A stretch of DNA of 64,000 bases from Polyangiaceae bacterium (GCA_033763455.1 JANRKO010000033.1:32001-96000), one strand, 5' to 3'; shown: positions 36,270-46,430, numbered from the stretch's first letter. A program made the numbers and translations. Notes: generated by a model not told the origin, from the sequence alone.

Positions 36270-38936
36270 GTGACGAAAACTTCAGCAGATAAAAGTGAAT
36301 TGCTGACGAAGCAGGAAGCCGAAGCACGTTCTCAAGAAACAAAAGGTGGGGATCTTGAAGCTTATCGAAGCAAACGCGATCCAACTCGTACCAACGAGCC
36401 CTTCGCCGCTGAACGCAAAGACAGTACACGCGAAACCAAACATGGCCGCTTCGTGGTGCACCTGCACGCGGCCACCCGCACGCATTACGATCTGCGTCTT
36501 CAGATCGGGGGCACGCTCCAGAGCTTCGCGGTACCCAAAGGGCCAAGCTTAGATCCGAATACTAAACACCTTGCCGTTCACACCGAGGACCATCCACTTG
36601 AATATCTGGAGTTCGAAGCGGTAATCCCAGCTGGCAACTATGGCGCCGGCGCCATGATCGTTTGGGATCTGGGAGTTGTGCGCTATCTTGCAACAACCGC
36701 CGAAGAGGGGCTCAAAATTGGCAAGCTCGACTTCGAGCTTTGGGGATTCAAGCTGAAGGGGCGTTTCGCTCTCGTTCACACGGGCAAACGAAAGAATGCC
36801 GGGGAAGAGAACCAGTGGCTTCTCATCAAGAAGGAAGACGCCTTTTGTTCCAAGGCGGACATTACCGAGCAGATCTACAGCGTACTTTCGAGCATTAGCG
36901 TAGCGGACCTTCCCCAAAAGCAAGAGTTGAGCAATCGGCTGATTTTCCAGGCGCAAGCCCTAGGCGCCAAAGAAGCCCGACCCGACTTCAGGACTTTCGA
37001 ACCCATGCTGTGCGCTCTTAGCGGCTCGGGGCTGAGTGACCCCGATCGGCTCTATGAGCTCAAGCTCGACGGCGTTCGCATCGTGGCCCACAAAGATCAC
37101 GACACGGCGACCCTGCGCTATCGCAATGGACGAAGCGCCACCTCAAGTTATCCGGAGGTGGTGCGAGCCATGCGAGCTCTAGCACCAGCAGAGGTGGTTC
37201 TGGACGGCGAAATTGTAACCCTCGATAGCGCTGGGCGCCCAAACTTTCAGCAGCTGGCGCCACGCATTCACGCACGAAAGCCTTTGGATGTTCAGAAGCT
37301 AAGCCTCGAAATTCCAGTGTACTATTGGGTATTCGATATCTTAGCCATTGGCCCCTACAGCCTTCTCGGAGTTCCGTTGAGCGAGCGCAAACGCCTCTTG
37401 GCGCAACTTCTGCCGGGCAGCGGGCGCTTGCGGAGCGTGGACTATTTCTCCGGACAAGGGCAGCTTCTCTTTGATTTTTGTCGCGAGCATGGTCTCGAAG
37501 GAGTGGTGGCCAAACGGACCAACTCTATTTATGTTCCTGGGCCGCGCCGCGGCGAAGATTGGGTAAAGATAAAGTGCGCTAAAGATGAGGATTTCGTTGT
37601 AGTCGGGTGGCTCGGTGGTAAAGGGAGCCGGGGTGAGTTGGGCTCATTGTGCGTGGCCAGCTACCAGGGGGATCGCTTAGTCTTCTGCGGCAGAGTAGGT
37701 AGCGGGCTGGACGCGGCCGCTTTGGCTCTCTTGTTACCTCAGTTGCAGGCCCTAGAAACTCCGCATTTCCCTGCGCACGGTGCGGTGCCCGAGGATCTAG
37801 AGGGGGCCACTTTCACGCTGCCCTCTATCGTTGTGCAGGTGCGTTTCAACAGCTGGACGGATGACGGCCGCTTGCGGGCCCCGGTATTCCTAGGCGTTCG
37901 GACAGATCGTGACCCCACCGAGTGCCAAGCCACTCCGCCGGAGGCTTGGCTTGAACAAGCACCTGAAACCGAAGCGGAAGCTGAAGTCGAAACCCTGGTT
38001 GAAGGTAACCCGGAAGCGGCGGGCGCGCCCGGAAAGAAAGTCGTGGTTTCGAACCGCAACAAGATCTTCTGGCCAGAGGAAGGCTACACCAAGGGCGACT
38101 TGTGTGATTACTACGCGTCGGTAGCCCACGTGATGTTGCCATTCCTGAAAGGGCGCCCTGTCGTTCTGGTGCGCTACCCCGACGGCATTCATGGCAAGAG
38201 CTTTTACCAGTGGAATGTGCCCCAAGGGACCCCCGAATGGATCCGCACGCTTGAACTCACCCGTGAAGAACGCAGCGACGATGGTGACGGCAGGAAGACG
38301 GTCTTCCTGCTCGACCACCTAGCTTCACTCGTACACGTGGCGAACCTCGGGTGCATTCCCTTGCATGTGTTAGCCTGTCGTGAAGAAACTCGAGACGCAT
38401 GCGATTTTCTGACGGTCGACTTCGACGTGGGTGAGCGCCCTTTTGAGGATGCTGTGCGGCTAGCCCTCTCGTTGCGGACCATCTTGAACGACCTCGGGTT
38501 GGTGGGTTTTCCAAAAACTTCCGGCCAAAAAGGCCTCCACGTGCTCGTGCCCCTGGGCCAAGAGGTACCCTTCGACGCCGCCAAGCTGCTGGTGGAACTC
38601 CTTGGCCGTTGGCTCCTCAGCCAACACCCGGATATCGCCACCATGGAGCGCCGCATCTCCAAACGTGGACCCAAGGTGCTCATAGACGTAGGCCAAACAG
38701 GACGCTCTCGCACCATCGTGGCGCCATACTCCGTGCGTGCCTACCGAGGAGCCACCGTCTCGACGCCACTCAACTGGGACGAAGTCCACCTAGCGCTCGA
38801 CCCACGAGCCTTCACCATCTCTTCGGTGCCCTTGCGCCTAGCAGCACTTGGCGACCCTTTCGCGAGCTTCTTTGATAACGCTCCCGACCTCGCAGACGCG
38901 ATGAGTCGCATGGAACGAAAGCTTCGTGGGGGCTAG
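36270..38936 (+). CDS. ligD: DNA ligase D (phosphoesterase - ligase - polymerase)
   Basis: PE HAATRTHYDLRL...VPKGPS; ligase ELKLDGVR, EGVVAKR, WVKIK; POL DFD, KTSGQKGLHV, APYSVRA. Confidence 0.96.
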   Translation: MTKTSADKSELLTKQEAEARSQETKGGDLEAYRSKRDPTRTNEPFAAERKDSTRETKHGRFVVHLHAATRTHYDLRLQIGGTLQSFAVPKGPSLDPNTKHLAVHTEDHPLEYLEFEAVIPAGNYGAGAMIVWDLGVVRYLATTAEEGLKIGKLDFELWGFKLKGRFALVHTGKRKNAGEENQWLLIKKEDAFCSKADITEQIYSVLSSISVADLPQKQELSNRLIFQAQALGAKEARPDFRTFEPMLCALSGSGLSDPDRLYELKLDGVRIVAHKDHDTATLRYRNGRSATSSYPEVVRAMRALAPAEVVLDGEIVTLDSAGRPNFQQLAPRIHARKPLDVQKLSLEIPVYYWVFDILAIGPYSLLGVPLSERKRLLAQLLPGSGRLRSVDYFSGQGQLLFDFCREHGLEGVVAKRTNSIYVPGPRRGEDWVKIKCAKDEDFVVVGWLGGKGSRGELGSLCVASYQGDRLVFCGRVGSGLDAAALALLLPQLQALETPHFPAHGAVPEDLEGATFTLPSIVVQVRFNSWTDDGRLRAPVFLGVRTDRDPTECQATPPEAWLEQAPETEAEAEVETLVEGNPEAAGAPGKKVVVSNRNKIFWPEEGYTKGDLCDYYASVAHVMLPFLKGRPVVLVRYPDGIHGKSFYQWNVPQGTPEWIRTLELTREERSDDGDGRKTVFLLDHLASLVHVANLGCIPLHVLACREETRDACDFLTVDFDVGERPFEDAVRLALSLRTILNDLGLVGFPKTSGQKGLHVLVPLGQEVPFDAAKLLVELLGRWLLSQHPDIATMERRISKRGPKVLIDVGQTGRSRTIVAPYSVRAYRGATVSTPLNWDEVHLALDPRAFTISSVPLRLAALGDPFASFFDNAPDLADAMSRMERKLRGG

Positions 38937-38947
38937 CACATCTCCCC

Positions 38948-39253
38948 TCAGAGCAGGCATCTTTCAAACTGATCCGCATCAGGCGCATTCATAGCGCACC
39001 TGTACGCTGCTTCCGAAACATACTTCGGACACTCAGCAAAAGACGGCGACTTTTGGGCTAAGTCGCGCGCTTCCTTCCGACGCAGCGCAAGCTTCACCGC
39101 CGACGTTTTAGGTGCCTCAGCGCGCACCAGAAACTCCACATAGCGGTCCAGCAAAAACTCGCACTCGGCGCTGGTGGTGCGCCTCTGGCAACCAGAGGCA
39201 GCAAGAACAACAACCGCGGACACAGCCACCCGAACTAGACCAAGATACCGCAC
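38948..39253 (-). CDS. Small 4-Cys lipoprotein
   Basis: GTG 39253 immediately follows the upstream stop; lipobox ASGC; Cys spacing shared with its neighbour. Confidence 0.65.
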   Translation of the reverse strand: MRYLGLVRVAVSAVVVLAASGCQRRTTSAECEFLLDRYVEFLVRAEAPKTSAVKLALRRKEARDLAQKSPSFAECPKYVSEAAYRCAMNAPDADQFERCLL

Positions 39254-39254
39254 T

Positions 39255-39554
39255 CTAATCAAAGCACTTCTCAACCACATCTTTGGAACTGGTCGCTGCT
39301 TGCACACACTTCATAGTGGCCTCGGTGATGCGTTTTCCGACGCAGCGCTCGTCAATGCGTTGTTTCAACAGAACTTTTTCGGTTTGGACCTCGCGATCGA
39401 TGACCTCTTGGTCGCTCATCGGACGCGACTCCTTGATCTGAAGCCTCGCCACGCGATCAACAATCACCTCGCAATCCTGCACCGTCGCAGGTCTCCCGCA
39501 CGAAGAAAGCAGGAACGCCCCGCTCAAAAGCAGCCAGTTTCGAAACATCGCCAT
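39255..39554 (-). CDS. Small 4-Cys lipoprotein
   Basis: Lipobox LSSC; AAGGA RBS; Cys spacing shared with its neighbour. Confidence 0.7.
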   Translation of the reverse strand: MAMFRNWLLLSGAFLLSSCGRPATVQDCEVIVDRVARLQIKESRPMSDQEVIDREVQTEKVLLKQRIDERCVGKRITEATMKCVQAATSSKDVVEKCFD

Positions 39555-39663
39555 TCCTTTATCACTCCAGGCTTATGCAAGCGCCGGGGAAAATAGCCGA
39601 AAACTGGACGCCTGTGCAGGTACTGCTAGATTGACCAGGTGGCCCGAGGAGTATTGCCAGAAC

Positions 39664-40497
39664 ATGGAACAACGCCAATCAAGCACTCGTGCGGTAAAGT
39701 CCACCAAACAGTTCGTCAAGAAGGCAGTGTACGCTGAGCCCCCCATGACCCGATCGCGCCCAGAGGCCACGGCAACTCCAGAGCTCATGCTGGAGAAGGC
39801 CACCCTTGCGCGCGATTCGGAAGGGCGAGCCAAATACGCTCGCCGGGGCCTGAACGTGAAGGGCGGGATGGATCAGACCACCCGGGCCATGTTGCTTCGG
39901 CAGTTGTATCTGTCCCACATTGAATCTCGGCGTTTTGGTGAGGCGCTTTCGGTTGCGCTTCAAATGGTGGAGACGAGCGTAATGCCGGATGTAGCTCGCC
40001 AGGATGCCGCCCGGGCGTGTTTGGGGCTTGAGCGTCGTCGCGAGGCCATCGAACACCTTCGAATCGCCAGCCGAGTGAGCCCACCTTCGCGCCGAGCCTT
40101 TCACCTGTGGACGCTTGGCAGTGTCCTTTATCTCTCCGGGCAAGAGCGCCATGCCCTGGGGCCCCTCAGTAGAGCGGTGCGCTGGGGCACCAACGATAAG
40201 CCGCTCTATCAGGCGCAAGTGGCGCTGGCTCAGCTCGCCTGTGGCGAAGCGGTGAGTAATGTGGCGGAGCTTCGAGAGCGATTGGCCGATTCGGCGTGCG
40301 GCCGGGGCTACGGGCAGTTCGTGCTCGGGGAGCTAGCCTATTGCGCCGGGGATTTTGCTGCTGCCGAGGAATATCTCACGGCCTTTGTGGAACGCACTGG
40401 GCATGGCCGCATTGCTCAGCAAATAGCCCTGGAGGGAGAATTGCGGCGTTCCCGCGATTTGTTGGCCAGAATGGCCGAAAAGCGCCGCCTCGCCTGA
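39664..40497 (+). CDS. TPR-like helical repeat protein
   Basis: Repeated TPR-like helices (WTLGSVLYLSG, FVLGELAYCAGDFAAAEEYL); start 39664 uncertain. Confidence 0.65.
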   Translation: MEQRQSSTRAVKSTKQFVKKAVYAEPPMTRSRPEATATPELMLEKATLARDSEGRAKYARRGLNVKGGMDQTTRAMLLRQLYLSHIESRRFGEALSVALQMVETSVMPDVARQDAARACLGLERRREAIEHLRIASRVSPPSRRAFHLWTLGSVLYLSGQERHALGPLSRAVRWGTNDKPLYQAQVALAQLACGEAVSNVAELRERLADSACGRGYGQFVLGELAYCAGDFAAAEEYLTAFVERTGHGRIAQQIALEGELRRSRDLLARMAEKRRLA

Positions 40498-40527
40498 CCG
40501 AGAATTTCTTCGACCCGAGCGGGTCCA

Positions 40528-41862
40528 TTGGCTAAGAAGTCACACGTGTCCCGGTTTAATTCAACGCGTTGGGTGCTCACCTGCTTGCTTTTGGCTTGGG
40601 TCGGCATGCCCGGCACCGCCATGGCCAATACCGGTTCGCCCGACGCGTTTACATCCGCGCTGGCGCGTGGCCCCGTCTATGCGGCGCTAGCGGCACTAGC
40701 CGGAGGATTCCTGGTGAGCCTCACGCCCTGCGTGTACCCAATGATTGCAGTAACGGTGAGCGTGTTTGGCGCCCGGCAGACCAAGAGTCGCGGCGAAGGA
40801 GCGTTGCTTTCGTTGATGTTCGTGCTCGGCATTACCGCCATGTTCGTGCCACTCGGCGTGGCCGCTGGGCTCTCTGGCACGATGTTCGGTTCCGTGCTCC
40901 AAAATCAATGGGTCGTCGTGGGTATCGCCTTGTTGTTCTTGGCCATGGCCGCGGCGATGTTCGGTGTGTTTGAGTTTGGCTTGCCTTCGGGGCTCACCAA
41001 TCGCCTGGCTCAAATGGGTGGCTTTGGTTACAAGGGCGCTTTCACCCTGGGCCTCGTGTGTGGCCTCATTGCTGCGCCTTGCACTGGGCCTGTTTTGACG
41101 GGCATTTTGACGTGGATAGCGCAGACAAAGAGCGCGCCGCTCGGCGCCGCGGCGATGACCGCATTTTCGTTCGGGCTGGGGGCGCCCTTCTTTGTGGTGG
41201 GAACCTTCGCCGTCCAGTTGCCGAAAAGCGGACGCTGGATGATCTATGTAAAATCGTTGCTTGGCATCGTGCTCATTGTCGTCGCTCTCTATTTCTTGAG
41301 TTCTGCTTTTCCGGGGCTCGCTTCATTCGCAAGCCCTTCCAGCACATTCCTAGCACTCACGCTCGGAGCCAGTGTACTTGGCATCTTGCTGGGCGCCGTG
41401 CATAGAGATTTCACTGATCCTGATTGGACTTCGAAGCTACTCAAAGGCACTGGGGTAGCACTCACCAGTGTGGGCATTTGCTTGGCGATTCTAGGAGCTA
41501 CGAAAGCGTCTGGCACGCTTGCGTGGCAAACAACAGAGCTTGCTACTGCAAGAATCAAAGCTGTCGCCGAGAACCGCCCACTGCTCGTAGATTTTACGGC
41601 GGCGTGGTGCGGTGCCTGCAAAGAGCTCGAAAAGCACACATTTTCAGATCCCAAAGTGGCCGAAGAAGCCTCTCGGTTTTTGGCTGTTCGCGTCGATGCC
41701 ACTCACGACGATGATCCCAAAGTGGAAGAGACACTCGGCTCCCTGAAGGTGGTTGGGCTCCCCACGGTAGTGCTGTTTGATTCGACGGGTAAAGAAGTGC
41801 TCAGGTTCCGTGACTTCGTCCCCCCCCAAGAATTCCTCGCAGCGCTCACAAGCGTTCACTAA
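40528..41862 (+). CDS. dsbD: Protein-disulfide reductase DsbD-family protein (TM + thioredoxin domains)
   Basis: SLTPCVYPMI, APCTGP, LPKSGRWM, DFTAAWCGACK, GLPTV; no N-terminal alpha domain seen. Confidence 0.9.
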   Translation: MAKKSHVSRFNSTRWVLTCLLLAWVGMPGTAMANTGSPDAFTSALARGPVYAALAALAGGFLVSLTPCVYPMIAVTVSVFGARQTKSRGEGALLSLMFVLGITAMFVPLGVAAGLSGTMFGSVLQNQWVVVGIALLFLAMAAAMFGVFEFGLPSGLTNRLAQMGGFGYKGAFTLGLVCGLIAAPCTGPVLTGILTWIAQTKSAPLGAAAMTAFSFGLGAPFFVVGTFAVQLPKSGRWMIYVKSLLGIVLIVVALYFLSSAFPGLASFASPSSTFLALTLGASVLGILLGAVHRDFTDPDWTSKLLKGTGVALTSVGICLAILGATKASGTLAWQTTELATARIKAVAENRPLLVDFTAAWCGACKELEKHTFSDPKVAEEASRFLAVRVDATHDDDPKVEETLGSLKVVGLPTVVLFDSTGKEVLRFRDFVPPQEFLAALTSVH

Positions 41863-42548
41863 TGTAGAGCGCGCGCCAACGCCAAGCAGGCGACAACTCT
41901 GTACCCCGCCTGGTGGAGCACCCGCACGCACCCACCAAACGTGGATCCTGTGGTAACCACGTCATCTATTAGGATCACCGAGGTACTCGGCTGGGAGCCT
42001 AGCCAGCCAAAGCAGCGCTCCCCACTCCGAGCTTTGCGCACCGCAAAGCTTCCCTCTACGTTTACTCGACGTTCCTGGGCGCCTAAACCAGCTTGTTGCT
42101 TCGTTTGGCGCACTCGCTCAAGCAACCTGTAGTCAACGCTTCTGCCGCATCCACGCCCGAGCGCGCCAGCAAGCAACGCCGCCTGATTGTACCCACGCTC
42201 CGCAAGCCTTTCGGCATGCATCGGAACCGGCGTCAGCACGGCTTTTTCATCCAAACAATCGAGTAAGGGCCAGAGCCAGCGCGCGAGCGGCGATGCCAGC
42301 TCTGTGCGCTCCTGATACTTGAACGCCCGGATCGCCAGTGACAGTGGCCCTTCGTAGCTGCTGGCCGAAAGCACGCGTATGCCGTGCAAAATCTCGTCGC
42401 GAGCAACGCGCGGAACACTTGCGCATCGGTCGCACAGTGGCCGACCGAGAGCCCCGCAACCCGGGCATTCGGAAGGCGCGAGAACCTGGAGAAGCTCACG
42501 GCTGACGCCGTATAGGAGTTTGCTGAACGGAAAGCTCACAGCGAACAC
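41859..42548 (-). CDS. comF: ComF family phosphoribosyltransferase-like protein
   Basis: CPGC..LCDRC zinc motif, PVPMH..RLAERGYNQA, ILIDDVVTTGST; start uncertain (ORF open to 42665). Confidence 0.9.
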   Translation of the reverse strand: MFAVSFPFSKLLYGVSRELLQVLAPSECPGCGALGRPLCDRCASVPRVARDEILHGIRVLSASSYEGPLSLAIRAFKYQERTELASPLARWLWPLLDCLDEKAVLTPVPMHAERLAERGYNQAALLAGALGRGCGRSVDYRLLERVRQTKQQAGLGAQERRVNVEGSFAVRKARSGERCFGWLGSQPSTSVILIDDVVTTGSTFGGCVRVLHQAGYRVVACLALARALH

Positions 42549-42685
42549 TCGGCACAGAGCGGCCCCGATTGCGCAATTTTCTAAAAACGAGTGTGGGCCA
42601 CACAAACCCTCATCGATCGCCTGGCGTGCCGCCACACCCCGCCACCTCCCCGCTCCGCGTACCAAGGCAGCGAATGATGGCCCGA

Positions 42686-43087
42686 CTACATGCCGAGCAG
42701 CTGACTCATCGAGGCTTCATCGGCCGGGGTAAACGGATATTTCTCAAAATCGGCACTCTTCACCCAGCGAAATGCGTTCACGTTGAGCTCCTTGGGCCGC
42801 CCCTCGCCCAAGGTGCACTCATACAAGTAGAGTTCCACCGTGTAACGCTCATACGAGTGACTCACAAAGCTCATGAGCCTGCCGGGCTCCACCGTTACGC
42901 CCAAACGGAAAAACACCTCGCGCTTGAGGGCGTCTTCGTCGCTTTCACCAGCCTCTACCCGACCCCCGGGAAACTCCCAGAGGAGGGGCAACACGGCACT
43001 CGGACGGCGCTGGGTGATCAGGTAGCAGAGATCCTGCTCAATCACCGCGGCTGCAACTCGGATCTTGGGGTGGCTCGCGGCTACCAT
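42686..43087 (-). CDS. NUDIX hydrolase, MutT/NudG-like
   Basis: WEFPGGRVEAGESDEDALKREVFFRLG (the EE of the NUDIX box is replaced by FR), FTPAD. Confidence 0.88.
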   Translation of the reverse strand: MVAASHPKIRVAAAVIEQDLCYLITQRRPSAVLPLLWEFPGGRVEAGESDEDALKREVFFRLGVTVEPGRLMSFVSHSYERYTVELYLYECTLGEGRPKELNVNAFRWVKSADFEKYPFTPADEASMSQLLGM

Positions 43088-43112
43088 TATGCGAGGACCC
43101 GTTTAAGGCATG

Positions 43113-44216
43113 TCATGCGTCGATGCGGAAAAGCTGCTGCCCCATCAGGAGCACATCGCCCACCGCCACTTGCTGCTCGCGTTGCAGGCGTACGAAGGTT
43201 CCGTTCGAACTGCCAACATCCGTGAGGTAGACGCGGCCGTCTTCAGCGGGCGCGACGCGACAGTGGAGGCCCGAAACGTAGCCATCCTCGGAGAATAAAA
43301 TATCCCCACGCTCACGACCACAATGCACGCCGCGTTCTGGAATCGGGAAAGCATTGCCCGTGGTGTCACGCCCAATCACCAAGGCTAGACGCCCAATGTA
43401 GCCGGCCGAGGGGCTTCCGAAGCGCGTTACCTTGTCCGACGTGGGAGCCTGGGGCTGAAGTGCCTCGAAGCGCACAATCTCCTGGCCGATTCGGAATACA
43501 TCATTGAAGTTCAGCGGCCAGGGTTCGTTGGGACGCAGCTTCAGGTATACACCGTTGAGTGAGCCTTCATCCTTGATAAACAATTGACCCGCGCGCTGCG
43601 AAAGTGTCGCGTGGCGCGGCGATAGGTAGCTGTCACCGGCGAAAATGCCGCCGGTATCGCGACCAAGCGTCACAGACGGCACATCCGGCAGCGAATAACG
43701 GCCCGCTTCGCTGCCGTCGGCACGCAATGCTACGAGCGTTAAGCCGCTCTGCTGAACGGGGGCGGGCACCGGTGCCGGGGCGGAAGCCGCCGGCGCTGCG
43801 GCAGCAGCAAGCGCGGACAGGTTGTAACCGCAGGAAGCGCAGAAACGATTTCCCGTCGGGTTGGTATGCCCACACTGCGGGCAATCCACAGTGCCCGCCG
43901 CTGCAGGTGGCCCAGAAGCGAAACCTGCGGCTGGGCGAGGAGCTGCAGCCGCGGCTGCAGGGCGAGGCGGTTGGGCAACAGGGGCAACAGGTGCAACAGG
44001 GGCCGCCAGGGGCGCCGACATCTGGGCAGCCGCAAAAGGCGCCGCCATAGGTGCTTGGCCGGCGGCCGGTGGCCGCGCTTCAACCGACTGGCCATGGGGT
44101 GGCGTGTTGGCAACGAACGGCTTGGGCGCGTTATCGCGTGGGAGCTCAGCTCCACAGCCAAGGCAAAACTTGTAGTGATCCTGATTCTCTTTGCCGCACT
44201 TGGGACACGTGATCAC
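43113..44216 (-). CDS. Double zinc-ribbon, double FHA domain protein
   Basis: CPKC..FCLGCG and CPQC..FCASCG; FHA motifs GR..LSPRHA..SLNGV and GR..VSGLHC..SSNGT; GGAGG RBS. Confidence 0.9.
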   Translation of the reverse strand: MITCPKCGKENQDHYKFCLGCGAELPRDNAPKPFVANTPPHGQSVEARPPAAGQAPMAAPFAAAQMSAPLAAPVAPVAPVAQPPRPAAAAAAPRPAAGFASGPPAAAGTVDCPQCGHTNPTGNRFCASCGYNLSALAAAAAPAASAPAPVPAPVQQSGLTLVALRADGSEAGRYSLPDVPSVTLGRDTGGIFAGDSYLSPRHATLSQRAGQLFIKDEGSLNGVYLKLRPNEPWPLNFNDVFRIGQEIVRFEALQPQAPTSDKVTRFGSPSAGYIGRLALVIGRDTTGNAFPIPERGVHCGRERGDILFSEDGYVSGLHCRVAPAEDGRVYLTDVGSSNGTFVRLQREQQVAVGDVLLMGQQLFRIDA

Positions 44217-44382
44217 AGAAGGCCTCCTCTAGACACCGAATAATGAACTCGCGGATTCGCGTAGTTGGGGGCTATGAGCGTCGTCCAAGCCTGCTGCCCG
44301 CCGTAAGTAGTTTGGAAAGTTTGCCGACGCACGGAGAGGCATCCTACAGGGCTCACGCCAGAACAGGTAGGGGGCACTTCCT

Positions 44383-44985
44383 CTATCCCGCCAGGCCCTG
44401 GAGTGCTTCACGAAGTAAGTCGGCAATGGGTGTCATGCCAACCTTCTCACCCAATGCCTTGACCGCCCGTTCAGCTTCAGTAGGGCGGTATCCCATATTC
44501 ACTAGCGCACGGAGAAGCAGCTGCGCGTCCCCCTGGCCGCTCGGATCCGTGCCTTTGCGTTGTGCGACCTCGGGGCCGATACCCGTAAGTTTCTCCTGGA
44601 GCTCCAGAACCAAACGCTCGGCCGTCTTTTTGCCGATCCCGGGCACTTTCGACAACCCTGCCACGTCGGAAGCCTGCACAGCACGGGCGAGCTCGGGCGG
44701 AGGCAGCGCACTCAGCACCCCAAGGGCCGTTTTGGGTCCCACATTGGGCACGCCCAGCAACATCCGAAACACCAGGCGCTCCAGAGCCGAGGCAAACCCG
44801 AAAAGCTGAAGCGTATCTTCCCGCACATGGGTGTGGATCAAAAGGCGGATCCCCTGTGGAACCTTTTCGGCCTTGGCCGTGGTCCCAGCGGGCACGTGCA
44901 CCTCGTAGCCAACGCCGCCCACATCGATCAACACGGGTCCCGAGGACTCATCTGCAACAAGCTTCCCGCTCAGAAGTCCTATCAT
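44383..44985 (-). CDS. ruvA: Holliday junction branch migration protein RuvA
   Basis: MIGLLSG, DVGGVGYEV, HVRED..QLFGF, VGPKTAL, VPGIGKKTAERLVLEL. Confidence 0.97.
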   Translation of the reverse strand: MIGLLSGKLVADESSGPVLIDVGGVGYEVHVPAGTTAKAEKVPQGIRLLIHTHVREDTLQLFGFASALERLVFRMLLGVPNVGPKTALGVLSALPPPELARAVQASDVAGLSKVPGIGKKTAERLVLELQEKLTGIGPEVAQRKGTDPSGQGDAQLLLRALVNMGYRPTEAERAVKALGEKVGMTPIADLLREALQGLAG

Positions 44986-45056
44986 TGTGCCTCACTTCGC
45001 CCCCGACCAAGCTTTGACGTTTCAACCGCGGGGCACGCCATGCTAGCTAATCGCGC

Positions 45057-45359
45057 ATGCGCGTCGTTGCGTCCAGCTGTACGTGGCCCCTTTTCCTGGG
45101 CGCGCTCTTTTCTTGCAGCTTGCTCGCGGGTTGCGGCGGCTCATCAAGCGAAACTCCGCCCCCGCTCCGGCCGGATTTTACCCGGCTGCCTCTCCCCCCA
45201 ACCACCTCGGCGGCCGAACACGGTGCGCCTGAAACGAACAAACCCGCCCCGTTGACGCCGCGGCAAAGCGATGAACAACCAGACGAGGCCCCCGCTACCT
45301 GGGGCACCGAACGTGCGGCGGAAGCTCCAGAAGACGTCAAAATCGACTTGAAAGAGTGA
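45057..45359 (+). CDS. Small Pro-rich lipoprotein
   Basis: Lipobox LAGC followed by GGSSSETPPP. Confidence 0.55.
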   Translation: MRVVASSCTWPLFLGALFSCSLLAGCGGSSSETPPPLRPDFTRLPLPPTTSAAEHGAPETNKPAPLTPRQSDEQPDEAPATWGTERAAEAPEDVKIDLKE

Positions 45360-46185
45360 ACCCGGCGTAGCCCGGAACGACCACGGGCGTAAAGTGAGAA
45401 CCTGCAACCGATTCAGGTTCGCTAGGAGATAGAAAGTACCACGCGGTCCCCCCGGCAGCGATTACGAGCCCCGCGATGGTAGTAACGCCGCCAATAGTTT
45501 GGCGGCGACGCGCGGCGTTCCCGTCGTCGGCCACTTGCTTGGGACAGTTCGAGCGTGTGGGGCATTGCTTCTCAAGATCTTTGATGTCCGCGCCCGCTCG
45601 AGCCCACACGGCAACCCCGACGAAAGCGATGGCCCCGCCAGAACCTGCTACAATTAAGGGCAATATTGGGCGGTTCCCGGATGACTCCTGCGTCTGAATC
45701 TCGCCTTCGGGCGGCTTTGGTGGTGCGGCTGGGGGCGGGGGCTGGACCGGGGCCGGAGCCGGCTGGGCCGCGGCCTTAGCTTCTTCCACTTGCCGCTTGA
45801 GCACTTCAACGCGACGCGTGATCTGATCGGCGTCCGGGGCGTCCGAGCGGCGCACCAGGTAAGTCTGAAGCGCGGCGATTGCCTGTTCCTTGTTTCCGCT
45901 GAGCTCATAGGCGGTCGCCAGATTCAAGAGCAACGGGTGGGCCGTGCAATCGCGGCGGTAAGCATCTTCCCAGTAAAGGATGGCACGTGCGTAGTCAGCC
46001 TCCTTAAAGGCCGCCTGGCCAGCCTGGAACGCCCCTTTGGCAGCTTGCACGTCGCCATCGGTGGGCTCGCGTGAGCACTCGGGATATGCCTTCACGGCGG
46101 ACTCATCCGCAGAGGCGGGCCTCACGCACAGCCAAAGGCTCAGGCAGAACAGGACCGGCGAAGAAGCGCGAAGAATTCGGAACAT
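45337..46185 (-). CDS. Secreted TPR protein with C-terminal hydrophobic segments
   Basis: Signal peptide from ATG 46185; FQAGQAAFKEADYARAI..WEDAY, LLNLATAYE; typical myxobacterial architecture. Confidence 0.8.
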   Translation of the reverse strand: MFRILRASSPVLFCLSLWLCVRPASADESAVKAYPECSREPTDGDVQAAKGAFQAGQAAFKEADYARAILYWEDAYRRDCTAHPLLLNLATAYELSGNKEQAIAALQTYLVRRSDAPDADQITRRVEVLKRQVEEAKAAAQPAPAPVQPPPPAAPPKPPEGEIQTQESSGNRPILPLIVAGSGGAIAFVGVAVWARAGADIKDLEKQCPTRSNCPKQVADDGNAARRRQTIGGVTTIAGLVIAAGGTAWYFLSPSEPESVAGSHFTPVVVPGYAGFTLSSRF

Positions 46186-46430
46186 TGGGGTTTCAGCGTA
46201 TCCAATTACCGCCCTTAGCATAGTGGAGGCCGCGCAGAACCCCAAATTGTAGGCAGCGGCCCGCGACAGGGCCCTACTACGGGCACCGGCCTACCCCTAT
46301 CCGATCGTCACCCAAGGCCCCAGCCCGCAAGGATGCAGATGGCCCGTCGGGCCCCTAAAGCTCCCGCTGGAACCAGGCCATACGGAGGTGGCTGGCAATC
46401 GGCACCAAAGTGCCGCAGAAACGAGTTCCC

